Source: the human T2T-CHM13v2.0 reference genome, Homo sapiens
Reading direction: 5' to 3' (one strand)
Length of the DNA stretch: 64,000 nucleotides
Assembly (NCBI RefSeq): GCF_009914755.1
Contig: NC_060925.1
The notes under the pieces were generated by a model. It searched no databases and had not been told where the DNA came from. It saw only the letters and a program-made list of their open reading frames with translations. Made by a program: the position numbers and the translations under genes. Positions 27,801-43,400 of this stretch are shown here, piece by piece (positions within the stretch are counted from its first letter, which is position 1; every line of letters begins with the position of its first letter).

Positions 27801-30800
27801 AATTGAAACGAGTGGAATTATCATGAAATTGAAATGGATGGACTCATCATCGAATGGATTCGAATGGAATCATCGAATAAAATTGATTGAAATCATCATC
27901 AAATGGAATCGAATGGTATCATTGAATGGAATCGAATGGAATCATCATCAGATGGAAATGAATGGAATCGTCATAGAATGGAATCGAATGGATTCATTGA
28001 ATGGAATCAGATGGAATCATCGAATGGACTGGAATGGAATCATTGAATGGACTCGAGAGGGATCATTATTGAATGGAATTGAATGGAATCATGGAATGGT
28101 CTCGATTGGAATCATTATCAAATGGAATCGAATGGAATCACCGAACAGAATCGAATGGAACCATCATCGAATGGACTCCAATGGAATTATCCTCAAATGG
28201 AATCGAATGGAATTATCGAATGCAATCGAATGGAATTATCGAATGCAGTCGAATAGAATCATCGAATGGACTCGAATGGAATCATCGAATGGAATGGAAT
28301 GGAACAGTCAATGAACTCGAATGGAATCATCATTGAATGGAATCGAATGGAATCATCGAGTGGAATCGAATGGAATTATGATCAAATGGAATCGAATGTA
28401 ATCATCATCAAATGGAATCAAAGATAACCATCATCAATTGGTATTGAATGGAATTGTCATCAAATGGAATTCAAAGGAATCTTCACCAAATGGAACCGAA
28501 AGGAATCCTCATTGAATGGAAATGAAAGGGGTCATCATCTAATGGAATCGCATGCAATCATCATCAAATGGAATCGAATGGAATCATCATCAGATGGAAT
28601 CTAATGGAATCATTGAACAGAATTGAATGGAATCGTCATCGAATGAATTGAATGCAATCATCGAATGGTCTCGAATGGAATCATCTTCAAATGGAATGGA
28701 ATGGAATCATCGCATAGAATCGAATGGAATTATCATCGAATGGAATCGAATGGAATCAACATCAAACGGAAAAAAACGGAATTATCGAATGGAATCGAAG
28801 AGAATCATAGAATGGTCCCGAATGGAATCGTCTAATGGAATGGAATGGAATAATCCATGGACTCGAATGCAATCATCATCGAATGGAATCGAATGGAATC
28901 ATCGAATGGACTCGAATGGAATAATCATTGAACGGAATCGAATGGAATCATCATCGGATGGAAATGAATGGAATCATTATCGAATGGAATCGAATAGAAT
29001 TATGGAATGAAATCCAGTGTCATCATCATCGAATGGACCTGAATGGAATCATCATCCAACGGAAGCTAATGGAATCAACATCGAATGAATCGAATGGAAA
29101 CACCATCGAATTGAAACGAGTGGAATTATCATGAAATTGAAATGGATGGACTATTCATCGAATGGATTCGAATGGAATCATCGAATAAAATTGATTGAAA
29201 TCATCATCAAATGGAATCGAATGGTAGCATTGAATGGAATCGAATGGAATCATCATCAGATGGAAATGAATGGAATCGTCATAGAATGGAATCCAATGGA
29301 TTCATTGAATGGAATCAGATGGAATCTTCGAATGGACTGGAATGGAATCATTGAATGGACTCAAAAGGGATCATTATTGAATGGAATTGAATGGAATCAT
29401 CGAATGGTCTCGATTGGAATCATTATCAAATGGAATCGAATGGAATCACCGAATAGAATCGAATGGAACAATCATCGAATGGACTCAAATGAAATTATCC
29501 TCAAGTGGAATCGAATGGAATTATCGAATGCAATCGAATGGAATTATCGAATGCAATCGAATAGAATCATCGAATGGACTCGAATGGAATCATCGAATGG
29601 AATGGAATGGAACAGTCAATGAACTCGAATGGAATCATCATTGAATGGAATCGAATGGAATCATCGAGTGGAATCGAATGGAATTATGATCAAATGGAAT
29701 CGAATGTAATCATCATCAAATGGAATCAAAAATAACCATCATCAATTGGTATTCAATGGAATTGTAATCAAATGGAATTCAAAGGTATCATCATCAAATG
29801 GAACCGAATGGAATCCTCATTGAATGGAAATGAAAGGGGTCATCATCTAATGGAATCGCATGGAATCATCATCAAATGGAATCGAATGGAATCATCATCA
29901 AATGGAATCTAATGGAATCATTGAACAGAATTGAATGGAATCGTCATCGAATGAATTGAATGCAATCATCGAATGGTCTCGAATGGAATCATCTTCTAAT
30001 GGAAAGTAATGGAATCATCGCATAGAATCGAATGGAATTAAAATTGAATGGACTCGAATGGAATCAACATCAAACGGAAAAAAACGGAATTATCGAATGG
30101 AATCGAAGAGAATCATCGAACGGACCCGAATGGAATCATCTAATGGAATGGAATGGAATAATCCATGGACTCGAATGCAATCATCATCGAATGGAATCGA
30201 ATGGAATCATCGAATGGACTCGAATGGAATAATCATTGAACGGAATCAAATGGAATCATCATCGGATGGAAAAGAATGGAATCATCATCGAATGGAAATG
30301 AAAGGAGTCATCATCTAATGGAATTGCATGGAATCATCATAAAATGGAATCGAATGGAATCAACATCAAATGGAATCCAATGGAATCATTGAACGGAATT
30401 GAATGGAATCATCATCGAATCAATTGAATGCAATCATCGAATGGTCTCGAATGGAATCATGTTCAAATGGAATGGAATGGAATCATCGCATAGAATCGAA
30501 TGTAATTATCATCGAATGGAATCGAATGAAATCAACAACAAACGGAAAAAAAAGGAATTATCGAATGGAATCAAAGAGAATCATCGAATGGACACGAATG
30601 GAATCATCTAATGGAAGGGAATGGAATAATCCATGGACTCGAATGCAATCATCATCGAATGGAATCGAATGGAATCATCGAATGGACTCGAATGGAATAA
30701 TCATAGAACGGAATCGAATGGAATCATCATCGGATGGAAATGAATGGAATCACCATCGAATGGAATCGAATAGAATTATGGAATGAAATCCAGTGTGATC

Positions 30801-33192
30801 ATCATCGAATGGACCCGAAGGGAATCATCATCCAACGGAAGCTAATGGAAACAACATCGAATGAATCGAATGGAAACACCATCGAATTGAAACGAGTGGA
30901 ATTATCATGAAATTGAAATGGATGGTCTCATCATCGAATGGATTCGAATGGAATCATCGAATAAAATTGATTGAAATCATCATCAAATGGAATCGAATGG
31001 TATCATTGAATGGAATCGAATGGAATCATCATCAGATGGAAATGAATGGAATCGTCATAGAATGGAATCGAATGGATTCATTGAATGGAATCAGATGGAA
31101 TCATCGAATGGACTGGAATGGAATCATTGAATGGACTCGAGAGGGATCATTATTGAATGGATGAATGGAATCATGGAATGGTCTCGATTGGAATCATTAT
31201 CAAATGGAATCGAATGGAATCACCGAATAGAATCGAATGGAACAATCATCGAATGGACTCCAATGGAATTATCCTCAAATGGAATCGAATGGAATTATCG
31301 AATGCACTCGAATGGAATTATCGAATGCAATCGAATAGAATCATCGAATGGACTCGAATGGAATCATCGAATGGAATGGAATGGAACAGTCAATGAACTC
31401 GAATGGAATCATCATTGAATGGAATCGAATGGAATCATCGAGTGGAATCGAATGGAATTATGATCAAATGGAATCGAATGTAATCATCATCAAATGGAAT
31501 CAAAGATAACCATCATCAATTGGTATTGAATGGAATTGTCATCAAATGGAATTCAAAGGAATCATCACCAAATGGAACCGAAAGGAATCCTCATTGAATG
31601 GAAATGAAAGGGGTCATCATCTAATGGAATCGCATGGAATCATCATCAAATGGAATCGAATGGAATCATCATCAGATGGAATCTAATGGAATCATTGAAC
31701 AGAATTGAATGGAATCGTCATCGAATGAATTGAATGCAATCATCGAATGGTCTCGAACGGAATCATCTTCTAATGGAAAGGAATGGAATCATCGCATAGA
31801 ATCGAATGGAATTAACATTGAATGGACTCGAATGGAATCAACATCAAACGGAATCAAGCGGAATTATCGAATGGAATCGAAGAGAATCATCGAATGGACT
31901 CGAATGGAATCATCTAATGGAATGGAATGGAATAATCCACGGACTCGAATGCAATCATCATCGTATAGAATCGAATGGAATCATCGAAAGGACTCGAAAG
32001 GAATAATCATTGAACGGAATCGAATGGAATCATCATCAGATGGAAACTAATGGAATCATCATCGAATGGAAATGAAAGGAGTCATCATCTAATGGAATTG
32101 CATGGAATCATCATAAAATGGAATCGAATGGAATCATCATCAAATGGAATCAAATGGAATCATTGAACGGAATTGAATGGAATCGTCATCGAATGAATTG
32201 AATGCAATCATCCAATGGTCTCGAATGTAATCATCTTCAAATGGAATGGAATGGAATCATCGCATAGAATCGAATGGAATTATCATCGAATGGAATCGAA
32301 TGGAATCAACATCAAATGGAAAAAAACGGAATTATCGAATGGAATCGAAGAGAATCATCGAATGGACCCGAATGGAATCATCTAATGGAATGGAATGGAA
32401 TAATCCATGAACTCGAATGCAATCATCATCGAATGGAATCGAATGGAATCATCGAATGGACTCGAATGGAATAATCATCAAACGGAATCGAATGGAATCA
32501 TCATCGGATGGAAATGAATAGAATCATCATCGAATGGAATCGAATAGAATTATGGAATGAAATCCAGTGTGATCATCATCGAATGGACCCGAATGGAATC
32601 ATCATCCAACGGAAGCTAATGGAATCAACATCGAATGAATCGAATGGAATCACCATCGAATTGAAACGAATGGAATTATCATGAAATTGAAATGGATGGA
32701 CTCATCATCGAATGGATTCGAATGGAATCATCGAATAAAATTGATTGAAATCATCATCAAATGGAATCGAATGGTATCATTGAATGGAATCGAATGGAAT
32801 CATCATCAGATGGAAATGAATGGAATCGTCATAGAATGGAATCGAATGGATTCATTGAGTGGAATCAGATGGAATCATCGAATGGACTGGAATGGAATCA
32901 CTGAATGGACTCGAAAGGGATCATCATTGAATGGAATTGAATGGAATCATCGAATGGTCTCGATTGGAATCATTATCAAATGGAATCGAATGAAATCACC
33001 GAATAGAATCGAATGGAACAATCATCGAATGGACTCAAATGGAATTATCTTCAAATGGAATCGAATGGAATTATCGAATGCAATCGAATGGAATTATCGA
33101 ATGCAATCGAATAGAATCATCGAATGGACTCGAATGGAATCATCAAATGGAATGGAATGGAACAGTCAATGAACTCGAATGGAATCATCATT
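24811..33192. repeat. >=8.4-kb block, copy 1 of a duplication at +30,780 to +30,808
   Basis: Offsets 25140/55920 and 25605/56385 = 30780; 26409/57194 = 30785; 27823/58631, 29131/59939, 30907/61715, 32681/63489 = 30808. Confidence 0.92.
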
Positions 33193-36100
33193 GAATGGAA
33201 TCGAATGGAATCATCGAGTGGAATCGAATGGAATTATGATCAAATGGAATCGAATGTAATCATCATCAAATGGAATCAAAAATAACCATCATCAATTGGT
33301 ATTGAATGGATTTGTCATCAAATGGAATTCAAAGGAATCATCATCAAATGGAACCAAATGGAATCCTCATTGAATGGAAATGAAAGGGGTCATCATCTAA
33401 TGGAATCGCATGGAATCATCATCAAATGGAATCGAATGCAATCTTCATCAAATGGAATCTAATGGAATCATTGAACAGAATTGAATGGAATCGTCATCGA
33501 ATGAATTGAATGCAATCATCGAATGGTCTCGAATGGAAACATCTTCTAATGGAAAGGAATGGAATCATCGCATAGAATCGAATGGAATTAACATTGAATG
33601 GACTCGAATGGAATCCACATCAAACGGAATCAAGCGGAATTATCGAATGGAATCGAAGAGAATCATCCAATGGACTCGAATGGAATCATCTAATGGAATG
33701 GAATGGAATAATCCACGGACTCGAATGCTATCATCATCGTATAGAATCGAATGGAATCATCGAATGGACTCGAATGGAATAATCATTGAACGGAATCAAA
33801 TGGAATCATCATCGGATGGAAACGAATGGAATCATCATCGAATGGAAATGAAAAGAGTTATCATCTAATGGAATTGCATGGAATCATCATAAAATGGAAT
33901 CGAATGGAATCAACATCAAATGGAATCAAATGGAATCATTGAACGGAATTGAATGGAATCGTCATCGAATGAATTGAATGCAATCATCGAATGGTCTCGA
34001 ATGGAATCATCTTCAAATGGAATGGTATGGAATCCTCGCATAGAATCGAATGTAATTATCATCGAATGGAATCGAATGAAATCAACAACAAACGGAAAAA
34101 AAAGGAATTATCGAATGGAATCGAAGAGAATCATCGAATGGACCCGAATGGAATGATCTAATGGAATGGAATGGAATAATCCATGGACTCGAATGCAATC
34201 ATCATCGAATGGAATCGAATCGAATCATCGAATGGACTCGAATGGAATAATCATTGAACGGAATCGCATGGAGTCATCATCGGATGGAACTGAATGGAAT
34301 CATCATCGAATGGAATCGAATAGAATTATGGAATGAAATCCAGTGTGATCAGCATCGAATGGACCCGAATGGAATCATCATCCAACGGAAGCTAATGGAA
34401 TCAACATCGAATGAATCGAATGGAAACACCATCGAATTGAAACGAATGGAATTATCATGAAAGTGATATGGATGGACTCGTCATCGAATGGATTCGAATG
34501 GAATCATCGAATAAAATTGATTGAAATCATCATCAAGTGGAATCGAATGGTATCATTGAATGGAATCGAATGGAATCATCAGATGGAAATGAATTGAATC
34601 GTCATAGAATGGAATCGAATGGATTCATTGAATGGAATCAGATGGAATCATCGAATGGACTGGAATGGAATCATTGAATGGACTCGAAAGGGATCATTAT
34701 TGAATGGAATTGAATGGAATCATCGAATGGTCTCGATTGGAATCATTATCAAATGGAATCGAATGGAATCACCGAATAGAATCGAATGGAACAATCATCG
34801 AATGGACACAAATGGAATTATCCTCAAATGGAATCGAATGGAATTATCGAATGCAATCGAATGGAATTATCGAATGCAATCGAATAGAATCATCGAATAG
34901 ATTCGAATGGAATCATCGAATGGAATGGAATGGAACAGTCAATGAACTCGAATGGAATCATCATTGAATGGAATCGAATGGAATCATCGAGTGGAATCGA
35001 ATGGAATTTTGATCAAAAGGAATCGAATGTAATCATCATCAAATGGAATCAAAAATAACAATCATCAATTGGTATTGAATGGAATTGTCATCAAATGGAA
35101 TTCAAAGGAATCATCATCAAATGGAACCGAATGGAATCCTCATTGAATGGAAATGAAAGGGGTCATCATCTAATGGAATCACATGGAATCATCATCAAAT
35201 GGAATCGAAAGGAATCATCATCAAATGGAATCTAATGGAATCATTGAACAGAATTGAATGGAATCGTCATCGAATGAATTGAATACAATCATCGAATGGT
35301 CTCGAATGGAATCATCTTCTAATGGAAAGGAATGGAATCATCGCATAGAATCGAATGGAATTAACATTGAATGGACTCGAATGGAATCAACATCTAACGG
35401 AATCAAGCGGAATTATCGAATGTAATCGAAGAGAACCATCGAATGGACTCGAATGGAATCATCTAATGGAATGGAATGGAATAATCCACGGACTCGAATG
35501 CAATCATCATCGTATAGAATCGAATGGAATCATTGAATGGACTCGAATGGAATCATCATTGAACGGAATCGAATGGAATCATCATCGGATGGAAACGAAT
35601 GGAATTATCATCGAATGGAAATGAAAGGAGTCATCATCTAATGGAATCGCATGGAATCATCATAAAATGGAATTGAATGGAATCAACATCAAATGGAATC
35701 AAATGGAATCATTGAACGGAATTGAATGGAATCGTCATCGTATGAATTGAATGCAATCATCGAATGGTCTCGAATGGAATCATCTTCAAATGGAATGGAA
35801 TGGAATCATCGCATAGAATCGAATGGAATTATCATCGAATGGAATCGAAAGGTATCAACATCAAACGGAAAAAAACGGAATTATCGAATGGAATCGAAGA
35901 GAATCATCGAACGGACCCGAATGGAATCATCTAATGGAAAGGAATGGAATAATCCATGGACTGGAATCCAATCATCATCGAATGGAATCGAATGGAATCA
36001 TTGAAAGGACTCTAATGGAATAATCATTGAACGGAATCGAATGGAATCATCATCGAATGGAAACTAATGGAATCATCATCGAATGGAAATGAAAGGAGTC

Positions 36101-37485
36101 ATCTAATGGAATTGCACGGAATCAACATAAAATGGAATCGAATGGAATCAACATCAAATGGAATGAAATGGAATCATTGAACGGAATTGAATGGAATCTT
36201 CATCGAATGAATTGAATGCAATCATCGAATGGTCTCGAATGGAATCATCTTCAAATGGAATGGAATGGAATCATCGCATAGAATTGAATGGAATTATCAT
36301 CGAATGGAATCGAATGGAATCAACATCAAACGGAAAAAAACGGAATTATCGAATGGAATCGAAGAGAATCATAGAATGGTCCAGAATGGAATCATCTAAT
36401 GGAATGGAATGGAATAATCCATGGACTCGAATGCAATCATCATCTAATGGAATCGAATGGAATCATCGAATGGACTCGAATGGAATAATCATTGAACGGA
36501 ATCGAATGGAATCATCATCGGATGGAAATGAATGGAATCATTATCGAATGGAATCGAATAGAATTATGGAATGAAATCCAGTGTCATCATCATCGAATGG
36601 ACCCGAATGGAATCATCATCCAACGGAAGCTAATGGAATCAACATCGAATGAATCGAATGGAAACACCATCGAATTGAAACGAGTGGAATTATGATGAAA
36701 TTGAAATGGATGGACTCATCATCGAATGGATTCGAATGGAATCATCGAATAAAATTGATTGAAATCGTCATCAAATGGAATCGAATGGAAGCATTGAGTG
36801 GAATCGAATGGAATCATCATCAGATGGAAATGAATGGAATCGTCATAGAATGGAATCGAATGGATTCATTGAATGGAATCAGATGGAATCTTCGAATGGA
36901 CTGGAATGGAATCATTGAATGGACTCGAAAGGGATCATTATTGAATGGAATTGAATGGAATCATCGAATGGTCTCGATTGGAATCATTATCAAATGGAAT
37001 CGAATGGAATCACCGAATAGAATCGAATGGAACAATCATCGAATGGACTCAAATGAAATTATCCTCAAGTGGAATCGAATGGAATTATCGAATGCAATCG
37101 AATGGAATTATCGAATGCAATCGAATAGAATCATCGAATGGACTCGAATGTAATCATCAAATGGAATGGAATGGAACAGTCAATGAACTCGAATGGAATC
37201 ATCATTGAATGGAATCGAATGGAATCATCGAGTGGAATCAAATGGAATTATGATCAAATGGAATCGAATGTAATCATCATCAAATGGAATCAAAAATAAC
37301 CATCATCAATTGGTATTCAATGGAATTGTCATCAAATGGAATTCAAAGGTATCATCATCAAATGGAACCGAATGGAATCCTCATTGAATGGAAATGAAAG
37401 GGGTCATCATCTAATGGAATCGCATGGAATCATCATCAAATGGAATCGAATGGAATCATCATCAAATGGAATCTAATGGAATCAT
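31565..37485. repeat. ~5.9-kb block, copy 2 of the 12,865-offset duplication
   Basis: Shares CACCAAATGGAACCGAAAGG, GAAAGGACTCGAAAGG, TATGGAATCCTCGC, GGAATGATCTA and GCACGG variants with 18.7-24.6 kb. Confidence 0.9.
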
Positions 37486-40400
37486 TGAAAGAATTGAATG
37501 GAATCGTCATCGAATGAATTGAATGCAATCATCGAATGGTCTCGAATGGAATCATCTTCTAATGGAAAGGAATGGAATCATCGCATAGAATCGAATGGAA
37601 TTATCATCGAATGGAATCGAATGGTATCAACACCAAAAGGAAAAAAACGGAATTATGGAATGGAATCGAAGAGAATCTTCGAACGGAACCGAATGGAATC
37701 ATCTAATGGAATGGAATGGAATAATCCATGGACTCGAATGCAATCATCAACGAATGGAATCGAATGGAATCATCGAATGGACTCGAATGGAATAATCATT
37801 GAACGGAATCGAATGGAATCATCATCGGATGGAAACGAATGGAATCATCATCGAATGGAAATGAAAGGAGTCATCATCTAATGGAATTGCATGGAATCAT
37901 CATCAAATGGAATCGAATGGAATCAACATCAAATGGAATCAAATGGAATCATTGAACGGAATTGAATGGAATCGTCATCGAATGAATTGAATGCAATCAT
38001 CGAATGGTCTCGAATGGCAACATCTTCAAATGGAATGGAATGGAATCATCGCATACAATCGAATGGAATTATCATCGAATGGAATCGAATGGAATCAACA
38101 TCAAACGGAAAAAAACGGAATTATCGAATGGAATCGAAGAGAATCATCGAATGGACCCGAATGGAATCATCTAATGGAATGGAATGGAATAATCCATGGA
38201 CTCGAATGCAATCATCATCGAATGGAATCGAATGGAATCATCGAATGGACTCGAATGGAATAATCATTGAACGGAATCGAATGGAATCATCATCGGATGG
38301 AAATGAATGGAATCATCATCGAATGGAATCGAATAGAATTATGGAATGAAATCCAGTGTGATCATCATCGAATGGACCCGAATGGAATCATCATCCAACG
38401 GAAGCTAATGGAATCAACATCGAATGAATCAAATGGAAACACCATCGAATTGAAACGAATGGAATTACCATGAAATTGAAATGGATGGACTCATCCTCAA
38501 ATGGATTCGAGTGGAATCATCGAATAAAATTGATTGAAATCATCATCGAATGGAATCGAATGGTATCATTGAATGGAATCGAATGGAATCATCATCAGAT
38601 GGAAATGAAAGGAATCGTCATAGAATGGAATCGAATGGATTCATTGAATGGAATCAGATGGAATCATTGAATGGACTGGAATGGAATCATTGAATGGACT
38701 CGAAAGGGATCATTATTGAATGGAATTGAATGGAATCATCGAATGGTCTCGATTGGAATCATTATCAAATGGAATCGAATGGAATCACCAAATAGAATCG
38801 AATGGAACAATCATCGAATGGACTCAAATGGAATTATCCTCAAATGGAATTGAATGGAATTATCGAATGCAATCGAATGGAATTATCGAATGCAATCGAA
38901 TAGAATCATCGAATGGACTCGAATGGAATCATCGAATGGAATGGAATGGAACAGTCAATGAACTCGAATGGAATCATCATTGAATGGAATCGAATGGAAT
39001 CATCGAGTGGAATCGAATGTAATCATCATCAAATGGAATCAAAAATAACCATCATCAAATGGAATCAAAAATAACCATCATCAATTGGTATTGAATGGAA
39101 TTCTCATCAAATGGAATTCAAAGGAATCATCATCAAATGGAACCGAATGGAATCCTCATTGAATGGAAATGAAAGGGGTCATCATCTAATGGAAGCGCAT
39201 GGAATCATCATCAAATGGAATCGAATGGAATCAACATCAAATGGAATCAAATGGAATCATTGAACGGAATTGAATGGAATCGTCATCGAATGAATTGAAT
39301 GCAATCATCGAATGGTCTCGAATGGAATCATCTTCAAATGGAATGGAATGGAATCATCGCATAGAATCGAATGGAATTTTCATCGAATGGAATCGAATGG
39401 AATCAACATCAAACGGAAAAAAACGGAATTATCGAATGGAATCGAAGAGAATCACCGAATGGACCCGAATGGAATCATCTAATGGAATGGAATGGAATAA
39501 TCCATGGACTCGAATGCAATCATCATCGAATGGAATCATCGAATGGACTCGAATGGAATAATCATTGAACGGAATCGAATGGAATCATCATCGGATGGAA
39601 ATGAATGGAATCATCATCGAATGGAATCGAATAGAATTATGGAATGAAATCCAGTGTGATCATCATCGAATGGACCCGAATGGAATCATCATCCAACGGA
39701 AGCTAATGGAATCAACATCGAATGAATCAAATGGAAACACCATCGAATTGAAACGAATGGAATTACCATGAAATTGAAATGGATGGACTCATCCTCAAAT
39801 GGATTCGAGTGGAATCATCGAATAAAATCGATTGAAATCATCATCGAATGGAATAGAATGGTATCATTGAATGGAATCGAATGGAATCATCATCAGATGG
39901 AAATGAAAGGAATCGTCATAGAATGGAATCGAATGGATTCATTGAATGGAATCAGATGGAATCATTGAATGGACTGGAATGGAATCATTGAATGGACTCG
40001 AAAGGGATCATTATTGAATGGAATTGAATGGAATCATCGAATGGTCTCGATTGGAATCATTATCAAATGGAATCGAATGGAATCACCGAATAGAATCGAA
40101 TGGAACAATCATCGAATGGACTCAAATGGAATTATCCTCAAATGGAATCGAATGGAATTATCGAATGCAATCGAATGGAATTATCGAATGCAATCGAATA
40201 GAATCATCGAATGGACTCGAATGGAATCATCGAATGGAATGGAATGGAACAGTCAATGAACTCGAATGGAATCATCATTGAATGGAATCGAATGGAATCA
40301 TCGAGTGGAATCGAATGTCATCATCATCAAATGGAATCAAAAATAACCATCATCAAATGGAATCAAAAGTAACCATCATCAATTGGTATTGAATGGAATT

Positions 40401-43400
40401 CTCATCAAATGGAATTCAAAGGAATCATCATCAAATGGAACCGAATGGAATCCTCATTGAATGGAAATGAAAGGGGTCATCATCTAATGGAATCGCATGG
40501 AATCATCATAAAATGGAATAGAATGGAATCAACATCAAATGGAATCAAATGGAATCATTGAACGGAATTGAATGGAATCGTCATCGAATGAATTGAATGC
40601 AATCATCGAATGGTCTCGAATGGAATCATCTTCAAATGGAATGGAATGGAATCATCGCATAGAATCGAATGGAATTATCATCGAATGGAATCGAATGGAA
40701 TCAACATCAAACGGAAAAAAACGGAATTATCGAATGGAATCGAAGAGAATCATCGAATGGACCCGAATGGAATCATCTAATGGAATGGAATGGAATAATC
40801 CATGGACTCGAATGCAATCATCATCGAATGGAATCGAATGGAATCATCGAATGGACTCGAATGGAATAATCATTGAACGGAATCGAATGGAATCATCATC
40901 GGATGGAAATGAATGGAATCATCATCGAATGGAATCGAATAGAATTATGGAATGAAATCCAGTGTGATCATCATCGAATGGACCCGAATGGAATCATCAT
41001 CCATCGGAAGCAAATGGAATCAACATCGAATGAATCGAATGGAAACACCATCGAATTGAAACGAATGGAATTATCATGAAATTGAAATGGATGGACTCAT
41101 CATCGAATGGATTCGAATGGAATCATCGAATAAAATTGATTGAAATCATCATCAAATGGAATCGAATGGTATCATTGAATGGAATCGAATGGAATCATCA
41201 TCAGATGGAAATGAATGGAATCGTCATAGAATGGAATCGAATGGATTCATTGAATGGAATCAGATGGAATCATCGAATGGACTGGAATGGAATCATTGAA
41301 TGGACTCGAAAGGGATCATGATTGAATGGAATTGAATGGAATCATCGAATGGTCTCGATTGGAATCATTATCAAATGGAATCGAATGGAATCAGCGAATA
41401 GAATCGAATGGAACAATCATCGAATGGACTCAAATGGAATTATCCTCAAATGGAATCGAATGGAATTATCGAATGCAATCGAATGGAATTATCGAATGCA
41501 ATCGAATAGAATCATCGAATGGACTCGAATGGAATCATCGAATGGAATGGAATGGAACAGTCAATGAACTCGAATGGAATCATCATTGAATGGAATCGAA
41601 TGGAATCATCGAGTGGAATCGAATGGAATTATGATCAAATGGAATCGAATGTAATCATCATCAAATGGAATCAAAAATAACCATCATCAATTGGTATTGA
41701 ATGGAATTGTCATCAAATGGAATTCAAAGGAAACATCATCAAATGGAACCGAATGGAATCCTCATTGAATGGAAATGAAAGGGGTCATCATATAATGGAA
41801 TCGCATGGAATCATCATCAAATGGAATCGAATGGAATCATCATCAAATGGAATCTAATGGAATCATTCAACAGAATTGAATGGAATCGTCATCGAATGAA
41901 TTGAATGCAATCATCGAATGGTCTCGAATGGAACCATCTTCTAATGGAAAGGAATGGAATCATCGCATAGAATCGAATGGAATTGTCATCGAATGGAATC
42001 GAATGGTATCAACATCAAACGGAAAAAAACGGAATTATCGAATGGAATCGAAGAGAATCTTCGAACGGACCCGAATGGAATCATCTAATGGAATGGAATG
42101 GAATAATCCATGGACTCGAATGCAATCATCATCGAATGGAATCGAATGGAATCATCGAATGGACTCGAATGCAATAATCATTGAACGGAATCGAATGGAA
42201 TCATCATCGGATGGAAACGAATGGAATCATCATCGGATGGGAATGAAAGGAGTCATCATCTAATGGAATTGCATGGAATCATCATAAAATGGAATCGAAT
42301 GGAATCAACATCAAATGGAATCAAATGGAATCATTGAACGGAATTGAATGGAATCGTCATCGAATGAATTGAATGCAATCATCGAATGGTCTGGAATGGA
42401 ATCATCTTCAAATGGAATGGAATGGAATCATCGCATAGAATCGAATGGAATTCTCATCGAATGGAATCGAATGGAATCAACATCAAACGGAAAAAAACGG
42501 AATTATCGAATGGAATCGAAGAGAATCATCGAATGGGCCCGAATGGAATCATCTAATGGAATGGAATGGAATAATCCATGGACTCGAATGCAATCATCAT
42601 CGAATGGAATCGAATGGAATCATCGAATGGACTCGAATGGAATAATCATTGAACGGAATCGAATGGAATCATCATCGGATGGAAATGAATGGAATCATCA
42701 TCGAATGGAATCGAATAGAATTATGGAATGAAATCCAGTGTGATCATCATCGAATGGACCCGAATGGAATCATCATCCAACGGAAGCTAATGGAATCAAC
42801 ATCGAATGAATCGAATGGAAACACCATCGAATTGAAACGAATGGAATTACCATGAAATTGAAATGGATGGACTCATCATCAAATGGATTCGAGTGGAATC
42901 ATCGAATAAAATTGATTGAAATCATCATCGAATGGAATCGAATGGTATCATTGAATGGAATCGAATGGAATCATCATTAGATGGAAATGAAAGGAATCGT
43001 CTTAGAATGGAATCGAATGGATTCATTGAATGGAATCAGATGGAATCCTTGAATGGACTGGAATGGAATCATTGAATGGACTCGAAAGGGATCATTATTG
43101 AATGGAATGGAATGGAATCATCGAATGGTCTCGATTGGAATCATTATCAAATGGAATCGAATGGAATCACCGAATAGAATCTAATGGAACAATCATCGAA
43201 TGGACTCAAATGGAATTATCCTCAAATGGAATTGAATGGAATTATCGAATGCAATCGAATGGAATTATCGAATGCAATCGAATAGAATCATCGAATGGAC
43301 TCGAATGGAATCATCGAATGCAATGGAATGGAACAGTCAATGAACTCGAATGGAATCATCATTGAATGGAATCGAATGGAATCATCGAGTGGAATCGAAT

